From contig OZ116706.1 of assembly GCA_964199315.1 (NCBI GenBank), positions 8,432,001 through 8,496,000 of the forward strand: 64,000 nt of DNA, written 5' to 3'. The translations under genes and the position numbers were made by a program. The notes under the pieces were generated by a model. It had not been told where the DNA came from. It saw only the letters and a list, made by a program, of their open reading frames with translations, and made no database searches. This document shows, piece by piece, positions 14,081 to 26,400 of this stretch (the first letter of the stretch is position 1; the number at the start of each line of letters is the position of its first letter). The DNA comes from Orbicella franksi (lineage: Eukaryota).

Positions 14081-17000
14081 GTAAATTTTTCATGTTCTTA
14101 ATTTAGATAGGTATCCTTACTGTACAACGGACCCAGGCAGTTAAGACCAACCGGCGCAGCCACCCAAATAAATCCATCAAACAGAGACATACTTCAGTGA
14201 AGTAGACATTTTAATCCCTGGCATTGTATAGAGACAACAAACATTTTTCCTCCTTCAAAGTGAAAGGCTGATGATTTTTTTTTTCTCTTGAAAGTTGCGT
14301 TTAATTGAACAAACCGCACACGCAATGGCACTTGTGGGAAATCGCCGAATATAAATCATTTATGAAAAAGTTATTTCTTTCTGCACAGCTAAGTAATTCA
14401 ATTTCTCGATCTTAATTGCGATAAAATAGGTTTATTCAATTCTGAACACCTAGCGCTCTTAAAAACTCATAATTACGTTATATTTTAATAGAGGGCTTAG
14501 AAACCTTTAAGTTTTTCAAGCGCTTACTATTTCGTGCCCTTGACTAAAAGTGTTTTCTCATGGGCAACGCATTTCATTTGTTGAATTAAATACACTAATT
14601 TTTTTCGAAAACTATTATTCTTTTTCATAAAAGGGTTATCTTTATTTCTTGTTGTCCTAAAGAGTTTTGGCTTTAAACATTTATGACTTATAATGGAAAA
14701 TAATTGAAATGTTGATACCGCCACAACGGAGAGGAAATATTAAGAAACTATTTTGAGCGGTTCAAGGGCATCACGTAAAGAGAAATTTCTCACATTTATT
14801 GAAGCGGAGCGGAAAGGGGTCGATTTCATGTTCGTTTCGTTTGGCACGTGGGCATGTGGCCCTTAACCGCACCAAGTAAACAGCCTGTCTTCGGTTTGAT
14901 TGTATTTCTTTCCTGTGCCCGCAGGTGGGACTAAGAAATTTTAATGATTCAGCATTTATGAAAGAGGGAAAAATTATTTTCGCTGCAAGCACCAGTTGTC
15001 CGTTAATATTAGTAGCTATGGATTTCAATATCATTTCACGAGTGTGATTCTTGTGGTAAACATTGAACATTTGGATCGCTCTCACTGCAGAGTGTAAATT
15101 GCATGATCGATTCGGTCTTATCACACATTTCAAACTCTGCACTGTCTTGGTAATCGTCGTGATTATAGCGATTATGTTTATTGCTTGTTTACGAATTTCT
15201 GCTGCTTCGTGATTAGAAAAGTATAAATATTATCATTATTCTAGACACAAACTCTGCTGGAATTCGATCAACGATTAAAGAAGCGATTTACAAATCAGGA
15301 GCTCTTTCTCCTTGGCGCACCACGCATCAAACACCCATATCTCCTCCGGAGGTCGGGAAGCACTTCGTGATCTTCATCTCGAGTTGTCGAGATCTCGTTT
15401 TAACAGGCTGCAAACTAGCGTCTTGCTGTCTGCAAACCCTAACGCCATGCACGCAAATCATCAACATTGTTGAACATTTGAAACTCTGATAACACCAGCC
15501 AATTACATTGTCATTCTATTCATACTTCGCGCGAAAGGTCACCCTCGATGAATAATAGCATGTTAGTGCGACTAGAAACCGAATTCAGTAGCGTTTGTGG
15601 CGAAGTGTTTTACGACAGTTCGGAGCCACCGAGTGCAATAAGGCCTTAATTTATTTCCCATCATCCCTAAAGAGGTTTTCGTTTGCAAACATTTACACTG
15701 ATAACAAGCCCTGAAATACGCAATAAAATCTTTGCGGAGCTTATCTTTTGTTATCGGCTCTATCTTGCGGTCACGTTCCACCTGTCGTAACAATGAACTT
15801 AACCCGGGAGCCAATCAGTGCTCGGCATTAGATAATTAGTTGTACAGCGAAGCACCCATGTTGTTTTTCTTTGCTCTGTGATGGCGGATGCGCCCATCAA
15901 GACGAGCACCGCTTGATCAAATAGTCTTCAGCAAACATTCACAACGGGATGTTTTCTCGGGACGTCATGGAAAATCACTCGGGCATCACTAATGCGGATC
16001 ACAAAGCCGTTAATTTTTGCTCGTCAAATAGGATATTATTTATCGCTTGTAAGAAAAGTATATAATGATAACAAATGCAGTCAAAGAGGTTGATTTTACA
16101 GAGATAAGTGAGGAATCCCTTGCCCCGGATCTAAATTCAAATCTGACTTTGAAGAGTTACGTATTTCAACTACGCAGGCACGAAACCAAAATGTGTTAGG
16201 AGATCAAACCGGGCGTCCTTCTGCTTTTTACGCGCGTCCGTCACGTGTTTTCGATGCTAAACAGAGCTCACGTGAAATACTATTGCCGCTAATTTACTGT
16301 TTGAAAACTTTACATGGCACCCAGCCGCGTGATTGACAGTTCACTTTAGCCGAAGAATTGATTGTTTGATTTGTGTACCAATGAAGTTTTGAATGGAAGA
16401 GAGAATCTAACAAAATGTCAACCAGCGCGCCAGGCGATTGGCTGAGCGGCTGACCTGTCACTCCTAATGTGTATACAAGCAGGTTTGTTGGCGCCAACCA
16501 AGCGGGAGTGAACTTCAGCCTGGTTTGCTTACAAAACCTTTCAAATATTGTTTGAATATAACCAGACACCACATCTCAGCTTGTGCATTGCGGGGTTTAT
16601 CCTATAAGACTCAACACTGTGGCTATTTACAAAACACGTTAAGGTTCTTCAACGACCCACTACGCGCGAAGTACTGGATTTTCACGAGGTGCGCACAACG
16701 GATCAAAGTCTCAGGACATTTTTTTTTTTCTCGCTCTCTCTCACTCTTCTGCCCGGCGTCACGTACAAACGAAGTTCCGCGATGCCTAACAAAGCTAATG
16801 TCTCGCACTTAATTTTAGCGCCTTATCTACCCAATCATCATTCCCTACAGCTTCGGAGATCTCCCTTTGTGTGTTAGGAGCCCTGGAGAAATTCCATATC
16901 TATTTGAATAGCTTCTAAAGATTTCTAGAGTGTATTCATCAGATAAGTCGTGCTAGCTTCATTTTACTTGTAAAACTGTGAATAGAGACTTCCGTTTGAT

Positions 17001-17220
17001 GATGCACGTTAGTTTTTGACGTCTTGCACCGTTCGCCGAATTTCCCATTGAATATAATGCCAGGACAATGAAATTCCTCTTGCCTATTATTTCCTGAAGT
17101 TATTGTTATGGGACTTATTAAACCATTTAAATATATGCCACTCTGTCAGTTTTGTGTTCTATTTGCGTTGAGCAACACCTCTGTTCTCTTGAAGGTTTCT
17201 CGCGACTTGGCATTCTGAAG

Positions 17221-18070
17221 ATGGAAGCGGTCAACCCTGAACACAGATGGATTCACCCAGCCGTTAGCCAACAACACGAAGGCGCTCATGGCAGCGACAG
17301 AATGCAGCCTTCTGTCTCGAACTGCGCAGCAAACAACATGAATTTGGTTGAAACGAACCAACTTCTTCCTCCAGACGAAGTGGACGTTTTCTTTCACCAC
17401 CTAGACAGCTCGGGAAACGCACCAAATTGGTCGTACACTCCCGGCGGTCGGGCCTACCGCCCGTCAATGTGCCAAATGGCCGCGCACGGTGCTACAGCTT
17501 TTCAAGATCCTCAAAGCCAATCTGGACAAGGAAGCTGTAGCCGGGTGTTCTTGCCAACCGCTCGCGTTCCACCAGGTCAGGTTTGTCGTCCTCATTTCCA
17601 CACTCCGATCCAGTGGATTGAAAGCAAGCCAGCGCCGGGACTCATGTCGCACGGTTGTTCCACCGCTACTCCACCGTCGGTTTGGTGTCCTTCGTTCCAG
17701 CAGGGCCATCGTCCAAGTCCCGTGCCTGTTTCCATGCCTCCTTCGGCAGTTTCGGGCTCCATGTCATTGTCTCACAGCTCGGCGCATTTATTCCCCTTCC
17801 CGCCAACACCGCCAAAGGATATAAACTCTGGCGAGAGCGGAGTAATGGGCAGCGATATTTTCAGCTACGGTAGTGAAGAGAAGGCACGTTTGAAAGCCGG
17901 AATGCCGCTTGTTTCCCCGAGACCCGACACGGCTCCTTTCACGGGCGCTCTCCCACATTACGTTGGTTCAGAGCTTAATATGTCCTCTTTCGGACCACTG
18001 CCTGGTTTGCCCGGGCTAATGGCGAATAGAAACTTTCCTAGAACCAGAACCAAGAGCCGATCGAACTCAG
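17221..18070 (+). CDS. GATA: GATA1/2/3-class transcription factor, coding exon 1
   Basis: MEAVNPEHRWIHPAV, QLLPPDEVDVFFHHLDSSGN, VCRPH and HLFPFPPTPPKD match N-terminal motifs of vertebrate GATA2/3. Ends at CAG|GTTAGT (phase 1). The exon probably begins at 17195. Confidence 0.93.
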
Positions 18071-18583
18071 GTTAGTACGGATTTACAGTCGAGCAAACAA
18101 AAACTAATCGCCAAATCGAATTATCTCCAAAATGCCACTTTCCTGGTGAGATTAGCGTTCTTTCCTTCCACAAAAGCTGCGGGAGTTGAAGTTTTTCTCT
18201 CCGCAAAATTTCTTTTATGCCCGTTCTAATTTGGAGGCACTAATTATGCCCCTAAATAAACCTAATTACTGTGCGGTAATGTTCACCGTTGAAACGTCCT
18301 GTACTTGCGGCATTCCTGCTTTCAGAGACTCCTTAAATATATATGTGTGTGTTTTTCTTATCTTTCCTTTTTAGTTTTATATGTTTTAGTTTAGATTTAG
18401 AACGGTAACCACTGCGCAAAGATGTGTTCGACACAGTCCCTGTTAGAACGTCATGTTATAACGTTTTGCTCTCGCGAAGTGAAGAGAGTTGTATTACAGA
18501 ATTGCCATAAGAAAGTCATAAAATCTGGCAAAGGAGGATAGACTTATCTCAATGTAAGACGCGTATGTTGTCGTAAAGAATGA

Positions 18584-18961
<378 letters not shown>

Positions 18962-19606
18962 TGAGGCCTTTGAATCACACGTAACTCTAGCTAGAAGGCT
19001 CTTTTAATTTCAGTTCTTTTTCAGTTACATACGTTGCAATTGGAATCTTTCTACGTTAGTCGTGGTATTAAGCTAATTTTCAAGTTGTCGCTAAAGGTTT
19101 TGACGGTCGACATTTGATGCGTTCACAATCGTTGACAGCAAAGAGTGTGAAAATTTTCAAAGCCCTTTCAATATTAATTGCTAACTAAAAGACTCGATGA
19201 GATGAATGTAGCGGACAGATAGCCCGAGTAGAATTTTTCAGAGGCGCAGGAATTTTTAATTTTATTTATCTTAATGGTCTTCCATATGGGGAATTTGATT
19301 AAAATTTTAAGCGTGATGCATAATTTGCCAATTAGAGCTTTCATGCTTCTTTTTGCGTAAAATCGGGCTATTTTGCAGACAGACGTTGTATAAATTACGC
19401 CTAACACGTAACTGCGACTTGTCAACGCCTCTAATGAAACTCTAAATGCTTTTGATGGCGCAAGAAATCCCCTGCGAGGAACTTCGCATTCAGAGTTTAT
19501 TTGCGATCACTGTTGAGGGACTTCCTAAGCGCTTTTCTCTTTTCGGGAACCGTGAGGTTTTCTTTCTTAGTTCTAATTTGCTTTTCTCTTTTTTTGTTTC
19601 AAACAG

Positions 19607-19732
19607 TCGGCAGCCCGCAGAGCTGGGACATCTTGTGCTAATTGTCATACCACACAGACTACACTCTGGCGACGCAACCAAAACGGAGACCCAGTTTGCA
19701 ACGCGTGTGGACTGTACTGGAAACTCCACGCG
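19607..19732 (+). CDS. GATA: GATA exon encoding the C-terminal zinc finger
   Basis: Polypyrimidine tract and AAACAG|, translation [42 protein letters not shown], donor |GTAAGT, phase 0/0. Confidence 0.97.
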
Positions 19733-22088
19733 GTAAGTGGAACGTGCGTGGCCGCGCGCGCGTGCTTAAAAAACACTTTACTTCGTGTTCTGTTTGAGAG
19801 GACAGGATTTCTTGTGGAAAAGAAAAGCGTCGAATCGAATGTAATAAGCGTAAAAGATAAGATATTCGTTGATAACTGGCGGGTTGCTTGATTTATTTAT
19901 CACACGATCAGAAATTCGTTTATCCTTAATGACTTAGAAACGATAAACAAACAGAGTTTTAAGACGTTCAGAGAAGCGAATTTCCTTCGTTTTAGATAAG
20001 AAATTTCCGAATGCAATCGCTCTTCTGTTCGTGTACAATTTCTTTTATTTTCTCCTCAGCCGTTTGCCATCGAGGAAATAAAATTCAAATCAAGAATGCA
20101 AATGAACTGGTCGTTTTATGTATTGAATAAAATGTGAATCGCTCTTTTGACGAACAATCTCTTGGTGCGTTCGCTGAGATCTTCCCCAGCTGTTGCCAAA
20201 GCCGTTATGTGTGATGATTATATTTTATTACAAAGCTCATCAATTAGTCTTTAGCAAAGTTGGGGTAATTTCATCTCAATTTCCGGTTGAGTTATTTTGA
20301 GTAAAAGCTTAATGTGCTGTGCTTTTGGGTTTCCGATTTTTTTTTTGCGAGGCTTGTAAATATTTTTACATGTTCAATGACTTTTGTTTGGCTTTGCGTG
20401 GCAGAAGTATTTCACATGGCGCGCGGGCTGCGAGCAAATAGTGGAGTTTTTGTTTTGCTTTGTGTACATTCGTAATTTCTTTTACACGATTCAAAAACAT
20501 AGCTTCGACACCTTCTCAATGGAGAAAAGCTGCAGTTTCCATGCTAATTAATGTTAATGTATTAAACTTTAATGACTTGTGTGTCCGTTAAACACCGAAA
20601 AACTCACATTTCCTGCGGTAATTTAATTGTCAGCCTTCAAGCCTTCTGCTGGGGAAAAGGGCCTTTGTGTTCTCGCTTGAATTTTAACTGAGCACATCAA
20701 CTTGTCGGTTATATCGAGTTAATAGCTTCCTTTTATACCTTGGCGGGAATTGAATTTTCGGCTGTTTCCTGTGCATTACGAAGATAATGAGACTTTAATA
20801 TTTGCTGTGTTATCGGGCTTTCAATAAGTCAAGAAACAAATGTCTTGAATTTTCAGCTTTCAAATAAACGCCAAGACCGTAATTGTGGTTAAAAAAATAC
20901 TTTTGTCTGATTATGTATTAGGTAATCACACTGGCTTCCTTCAACTTTTTTGTGTAGTCGCGGGTCTTTTTATTTTTAGCGTTGTCTTAACATATAATGA
21001 GTTACAAGCATGAATTTTTAATTTCAAAACTTGAAATGTTTTTTATCAGCCTCCCGTGAATGGATTTTAAAGTATGGTGCACGCACACACACAGAACCCG
21101 TTCAATTTAAAAAGCACAATTAATTTAATGTTTAGAATAGTGATTTTGAATCTCGCTTTAAACACGGAAAGACATAAAATGGCTTTTCAATGGTCAAACA
21201 AGGATCTTTGGTATTTTAAACCCAGGACCACCTGCCTCTCTCTTTTGTATTTCTGTTAAAAGGCCGCGGTAAAATGTAGACTGAAAACGTATGGCTTTCC
21301 AAGACAAGAAAAGGGCTCCTTTGTTTCATAAAAACGCGGCTTGGCAGAAAAGAAAGAAATTCAACGAATAACAAGTGGTTGCCACGAAACCAGTTAAATT
21401 CGAGACGATTCCATTCGGGAAATTTTCCTCAAGACCGTTTTAGCAATTGTCATTATAGTTCTTTTTAATAAAATGCACATTCGCAAACAATGGAGAGAAA
21501 AGGAGGTTGTCGGCAAGCGGGAAATTGCCATTGATACTGCTGCGTGTTTAAACTGGCGATTTTTCGCCTGTTGAAGTGAATTGAGTTATTGGTTTAAAAC
21601 GTCACAAGAACACAGCAGATTTTCTGCACAGGCTTACACAATTAAGTTCGATGAAAATCGAAACTTTCGCCTTTCTATTTCACTTCATAGTCTAATCCAA
21701 TTTCCGTTCGTAATGGTGGAAAATTGAGAGTGCACTTACTCGCTTTTACAAGTCACGAAATTATCGGATTTTGCGGTTGGAAGTTTTTTAAAAGTTTCCT
21801 TTTTGTCTTTAAGTTCGTTTCACACTTGGCTTAGCCAGCAGATATTCAAACATTGATCGGTTTTTGTTCAGTGATTTTTTTTTTTCGACAGCTGAGAGCG
21901 CCGAGCACAGTGCGCTTTAGAAAGATTTGTTAAACTTCTGTAGATTAATTGAACATTTTCTCACTTCGAACCGAAGACAAATTTAGACTACTGGGTAGTT
22001 TACGCAAGGGATTAGTGGCTACACACTTCCCCTCGTCAATTGCTAGGGACTTCTCGACTAATTCTGGTTTTCTCTTTTCCTTTCAAAG

Positions 22089-22445
22089 GTGAACCGACCG
22101 CTCTCCATGAAGAAGGATGGCATCCAGACGCGAAACAGAAAAGTTTCTTCAAAGAACAAGAACAAGTCTAAGGGTGTAAAACAAGAACAGAAACATGGCA
22201 GCGAAGACAAACTCATGAGCAGCCGAGATTCCATGCCTAACATCAGTCAAGGCAGTTCAGTATCCAGTATGATCAGCCCAGTTATTAGTCCTACAATTCA
22301 TACTCCGACCGCGTTTTCAAGGCCGTCCATGACGGGTTTACCCACGCTTCACCCGGGTCTATACGGGCCGCTTATTCCTGCTCCGACTTCGAATCCGTCA
22401 AGTTATTTACCTGCTCCTCCAGCTGTCTCGATAAACGCCTCTTAG
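22089..22445 (+). CDS. GATA: GATA last coding exon (basic region and C-terminus)
   Basis: Acceptor TTTCAAAG|, translation VNRPLSMKKDGIQTRNRK... to TAG at 22443-22445. Spliced CDS is 850+149+126+357=1482 nt (493 aa). Confidence 0.94.
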   Translation: MNRPLSMKKDGIQTRNRKVSSKNKNKSKGVKQEQKHGSEDKLMSSRDSMPNISQGSSVSSMISPVISPTIHTPTAFSRPSMTGLPTLHPGLYGPLIPAPTSNPSSYLPAPPAVSINAS

Positions 22446-23467
22446 GAAAAACTACGACAAGACTAGCTGCCGTGACGTCTTCAAGGAAAGAGAAAAACAT
22501 TTAATTAGTGCGAGAAAAGCGTCTCTGCATGCTATGAAACGACAGGCAGTTCTTGCTGAACAAGTTCCGCCGAAGAAAACGTACTCGTCGCTCGCCCGCC
22601 CGCCCCTCCGTCCGTCCTTCGGAGCCAAGTTCTATTGTAATTACAAATTTTCCCGTGTATCTGTACATCAATTAGAACTTTCACCCGCAGAAAGGCCGGG
22701 AAAGAAAACATAAAAAGGAAAACGGACACAAGTTAAGTTGAATGTGGTGCGTACCTTAGTAAATGTTCCCGTCGTATTAAAGTTCTCGTCCGTTTCACGT
22801 GTGGAATAGCCATACGAGAATTAAATAAGACTCGCTGAGAAGAAAAGTTGGGTTGGAAAAACTAGCAAGAAGAGCGATTCGGTTGTGTACAAATTGAAGG
22901 TTTTGCGATGTTGTTCTTTTTCTGCAGTTTTGGACAGGTTAAATATTGTACAAGTTCGTGATAAGATTAGGTGTTGCGCTGTGGAAGTTAACTTTCTTTC
23001 AGATAAAGCCGCCCTGCTTGCGACATGATAAAAAGGTCCTCATATTTGATTTCATGATATTTGTGTGTAATTAAAAGATTTATCGTGCACTCGTATATCG
23101 CTTCTTGTCTCAAGGCTCAAAAATCCGTGAGATATGAGACCGTATCGCTCTGAAAGGAAAATATACGCTGTAAATATTAAACTTGGAAAATAACTGAATC
23201 TATTCATGCAGGTTATGTTATCAACACAGATTTCTTCTACTGTTCATTCTGGAAATCGTCAAAGAAAGATTATCTCTCTTGTTGCTCATGTAGTTATTTC
23301 TATCTTTTAGCGTTCGTTGAATTATAAATCATGTTTTCCATCTTCTCTCTTGTAAAACCTGTATGAAGGTCATTGCTTTGTCATTCGCTATGTTAGCGAT
23401 CGAGAATAGTATAATTATAATTATTATATCTAAATATATGAACATTGAGACTCAAAAAACTTAACTA

Positions 23468-23473
23468 AATAAA
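23468..23473 (+). promoter_or_regulatory. Candidate polyadenylation signal of GATA
   Basis: AATAAA about 1 kb after the stop codon, followed by U-rich sequence. The hexamer is common in AT-rich DNA. Confidence 0.3.
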
Positions 23474-26400
23474 GTGAAATCCACTGGAAAATTGTCTGGT
23501 ATTTCTTCATTTATTGAATACTAGGAAGCCACGATTTTTACAGCTTCTTGTACGAAAAGTTACTAAAACTCTAACGCCCTTCTGGTATTGTGATTTCTGT
23601 ATTTAATGTTGGAAAAGCAGCAATAGGAAATAATTCAGTTCAAAGCTTAAAATATTTTGAAACCTCAAACTATCTTTCGAGAGATTTTGCAAGAGGCAAA
23701 CAAGTGAATCTTCTTCGATATTTGTAACTTCATTTCGCTGCTACGAGCAACGAAAACAAAGGCAAACTGAAGGTGTAAATTAGCCCTAATATTTTCAATT
23801 AGAGCAAAGAAATCCTGAGACATCAAATCACTCTTACAGAGGTCAATATTTTGTTGTTTTTGCAGAGTTTGAATGGTGGAAAAATCATAATGGCGAAACA
23901 TGAGAGAAAAATGACATCACTCGCTCAATTTACAGCTTTTGCTCAGCTGAATTTGTTGCCATTTGCCTACAAAAGTTTCAATGATTAATAATTGGGCTAT
24001 ATGATGGTATAAACAGTGCTTCCTAATCGCCTTTCAACAGGAATTAAATTATAATTTAAATCGATGTGTGACACAAACATTAAGAAGCTGACTTTTTGTT
24101 GTTTTGCAAACTACATTGAAAAGTCTTGATTTACGATTCGTCCACTGTTAGCCAACTTTTTGCTGATGAGTATAACTTAACATAGATGTTTGGCCCTCGC
24201 TCAATGGCATACAAAAACCAACCGTTTGATAATCGCAAGAATTCAATTTTTGAATCTCTCAAAGTCGGCTCTTTCGTTTGAATTTTGAGCCATGTTTCTG
24301 TCCAAATACAAAAACTGATTACATTCTGCTAACAAGTCATTAAAACCGAACCGAAACCTTACACTTTTTTATCAAAATCACTTTAAAACTGAACACACTT
24401 TAAAGTCTTCTTTCTATTTAACGAACAGGTTTCCAAACTAATTCAAATCCGCAAACAGATATAAACATAACTAAGATTTCGTGCAAAAACTACATACCGA
24501 AAACCTTCCCTGTTTAAAAGGGCAAGAGCCGAGGGCAAATCCTTAGACGAAAAGACGACATTTCCCAACCCACGCTAACCGCACCTTTGCCGGCTCGCAA
24601 AAGAATAGCTAAATCAAATCATCTGGTCCCTTTAGTGCTGTCGTTTGTCCAAGAAAGGGTGCGGGTCTTTTTGCGAAAGTTTTAGGTGCTCGAATAGAAA
24701 TGACGATTAAAAAGACAAGTGATTTCATTCAAACAAACGGGTGAATTTTGTTTTTCTCAAGTCGTGCAACCGTCGAAGCTGGATAAATTATTCAGATAGA
24801 CAAAATAACCTGTACTTTCTCTGCAAATGGATGATAAAAGAATTGACATATTGTATTTCTAGAATGAAGACCTTTTAAACGAAAACAGATCATAACATTG
24901 CTGACACAATGTAAAACGGATGATAAAAATAAATGCAGCGATTTAGCGACAGAAAGAAAAACCCTTTCAACGTAGGAAAGGGTTTAGCTCGCTCGCGACA
25001 ACTCAACGGAATCGTTAAACAGCGAAAACAACACATGTACGTGAGTAAGAATAGAGTATATCTACTCTAGCTATAAACATTATTTACACAGCCAAATTTA
25101 TTTCATTATATCGACGACAAGGGAATGATTTCTGGGGGTGACATTTCTTTGGATCGCTATCGCAGAGCTTTCATGAAAAACAAAAAAGAAAACAACCCTC
25201 TATTGTACCCGAATGCTATTTGTGGAAAGCCATGAAGCGGTGTTTTCGTTTAAGGTAAACGCAAAATTGACGTGTTGTAAGCTTTTTTTGGTTACATGTG
25301 TTTTAAATATGGTGAAATCAAAAGGATATCACGATCTGAAGTGACTTTCATGTCAGAATTACTTTCTCCGATATATTATCGAACTGATAGCGCTTGTGTT
25401 CTACTGAATTTCTTTTTTCTTTCCTGCCAAATATTTCAAAATGTTCAGCATTCGCGATAAAATGATTAGATTGATCTTGATTTAGGCGAGAATTTGAAGA
25501 AGTTCTTTTATTTACCTATAATTTCAAGATAGAAGAAATATTAGTAAGAGAGGTTTCAATTCGAAAAAAAAAATCACAATTTATTGGTAGTTCCTGTCCA
25601 TAGAAAACCCAATCAAATTTTCTTCGCCTTTAGTGGCATAAAAGAGAAAGCGGATTCACAGGGGCTCTTTTCAAGGACATCAGAAGACATCAAGACAAAT
25701 TCGCGTTTTGTTTTTTTTTTCTTTAAGTCTAGACTTTCATCTCCTGTACATAAGCTTTCGATAGCGCCTATAAAAAGTTTTTGATTGTCAGTTCGGAACC
25801 GCTCTCGTCGAACACCCATTTACTGGCTTATCAACAAGTCCATCGCCATTGAATGCGTTCGAACTGGAAGTAGCTTGACATGTTGTCAACAGCACGCACG
25901 AACGCTACGCCAATACGCGACGCCGTAATGAACGAGATTCATAATCGCGATATTCCTAAAAGATTCGCACGAAAAGCGTTATCTCCATCAAGATAACGCC
26001 GAAATGAGTATTTCCTACACCTGTGTTGGCGGCTGAAGTTCGCAAACACAACTTGAGGCAAAATGAGTTTTTAATTATACGTTGTAAGTTCTGTTTGCTT
26101 GTTAGGCGAGACTTGGCCGAGTTTTCGTGGAATCTCACCAAATAAATGAGAGCAGAAAAGTGCCAAGATCGTCACATTTCCCATTTATCACTGCCTTTTC
26201 TCTGATTTCAAATCATAATAGCCTTTTAGCGTCTTTTAGCGCCTTGGCTTTTAGTGAATTCAAAGATTTTCCGCAATAAAATAGGCTGATGTGGGGAGAG
26301 AAACTTCCGATGGATTTTCTAAGCTCTTCCTTCAAGACGTTATCATTTGATCAATACACGGCGAAAAAAAAACTGATAACAGAAATATTAGAGGGAAAAC

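Noticed and set aside
1-17200. Many WGATAR sites as evidence of GATA autoregulation
   Set aside because: At this AT content dozens are expected by chance, and I cannot show enrichment without counting against a background.
17152-17220. ORF-track start of GATA at 17152 (MCSICVEQ...)
   Set aside because: It is a non-ATG start inside a pyrimidine-rich acceptor region. Similarity to GATA2/3 begins at the ATG at 17221.
19266-19288. E-box plus GATA pair in the intron between the fingers, like the vertebrate Gata2 +9.5 enhancer
   Set aside because: The spacing is 11 nt rather than 8-9, and the E-box is CATATG.
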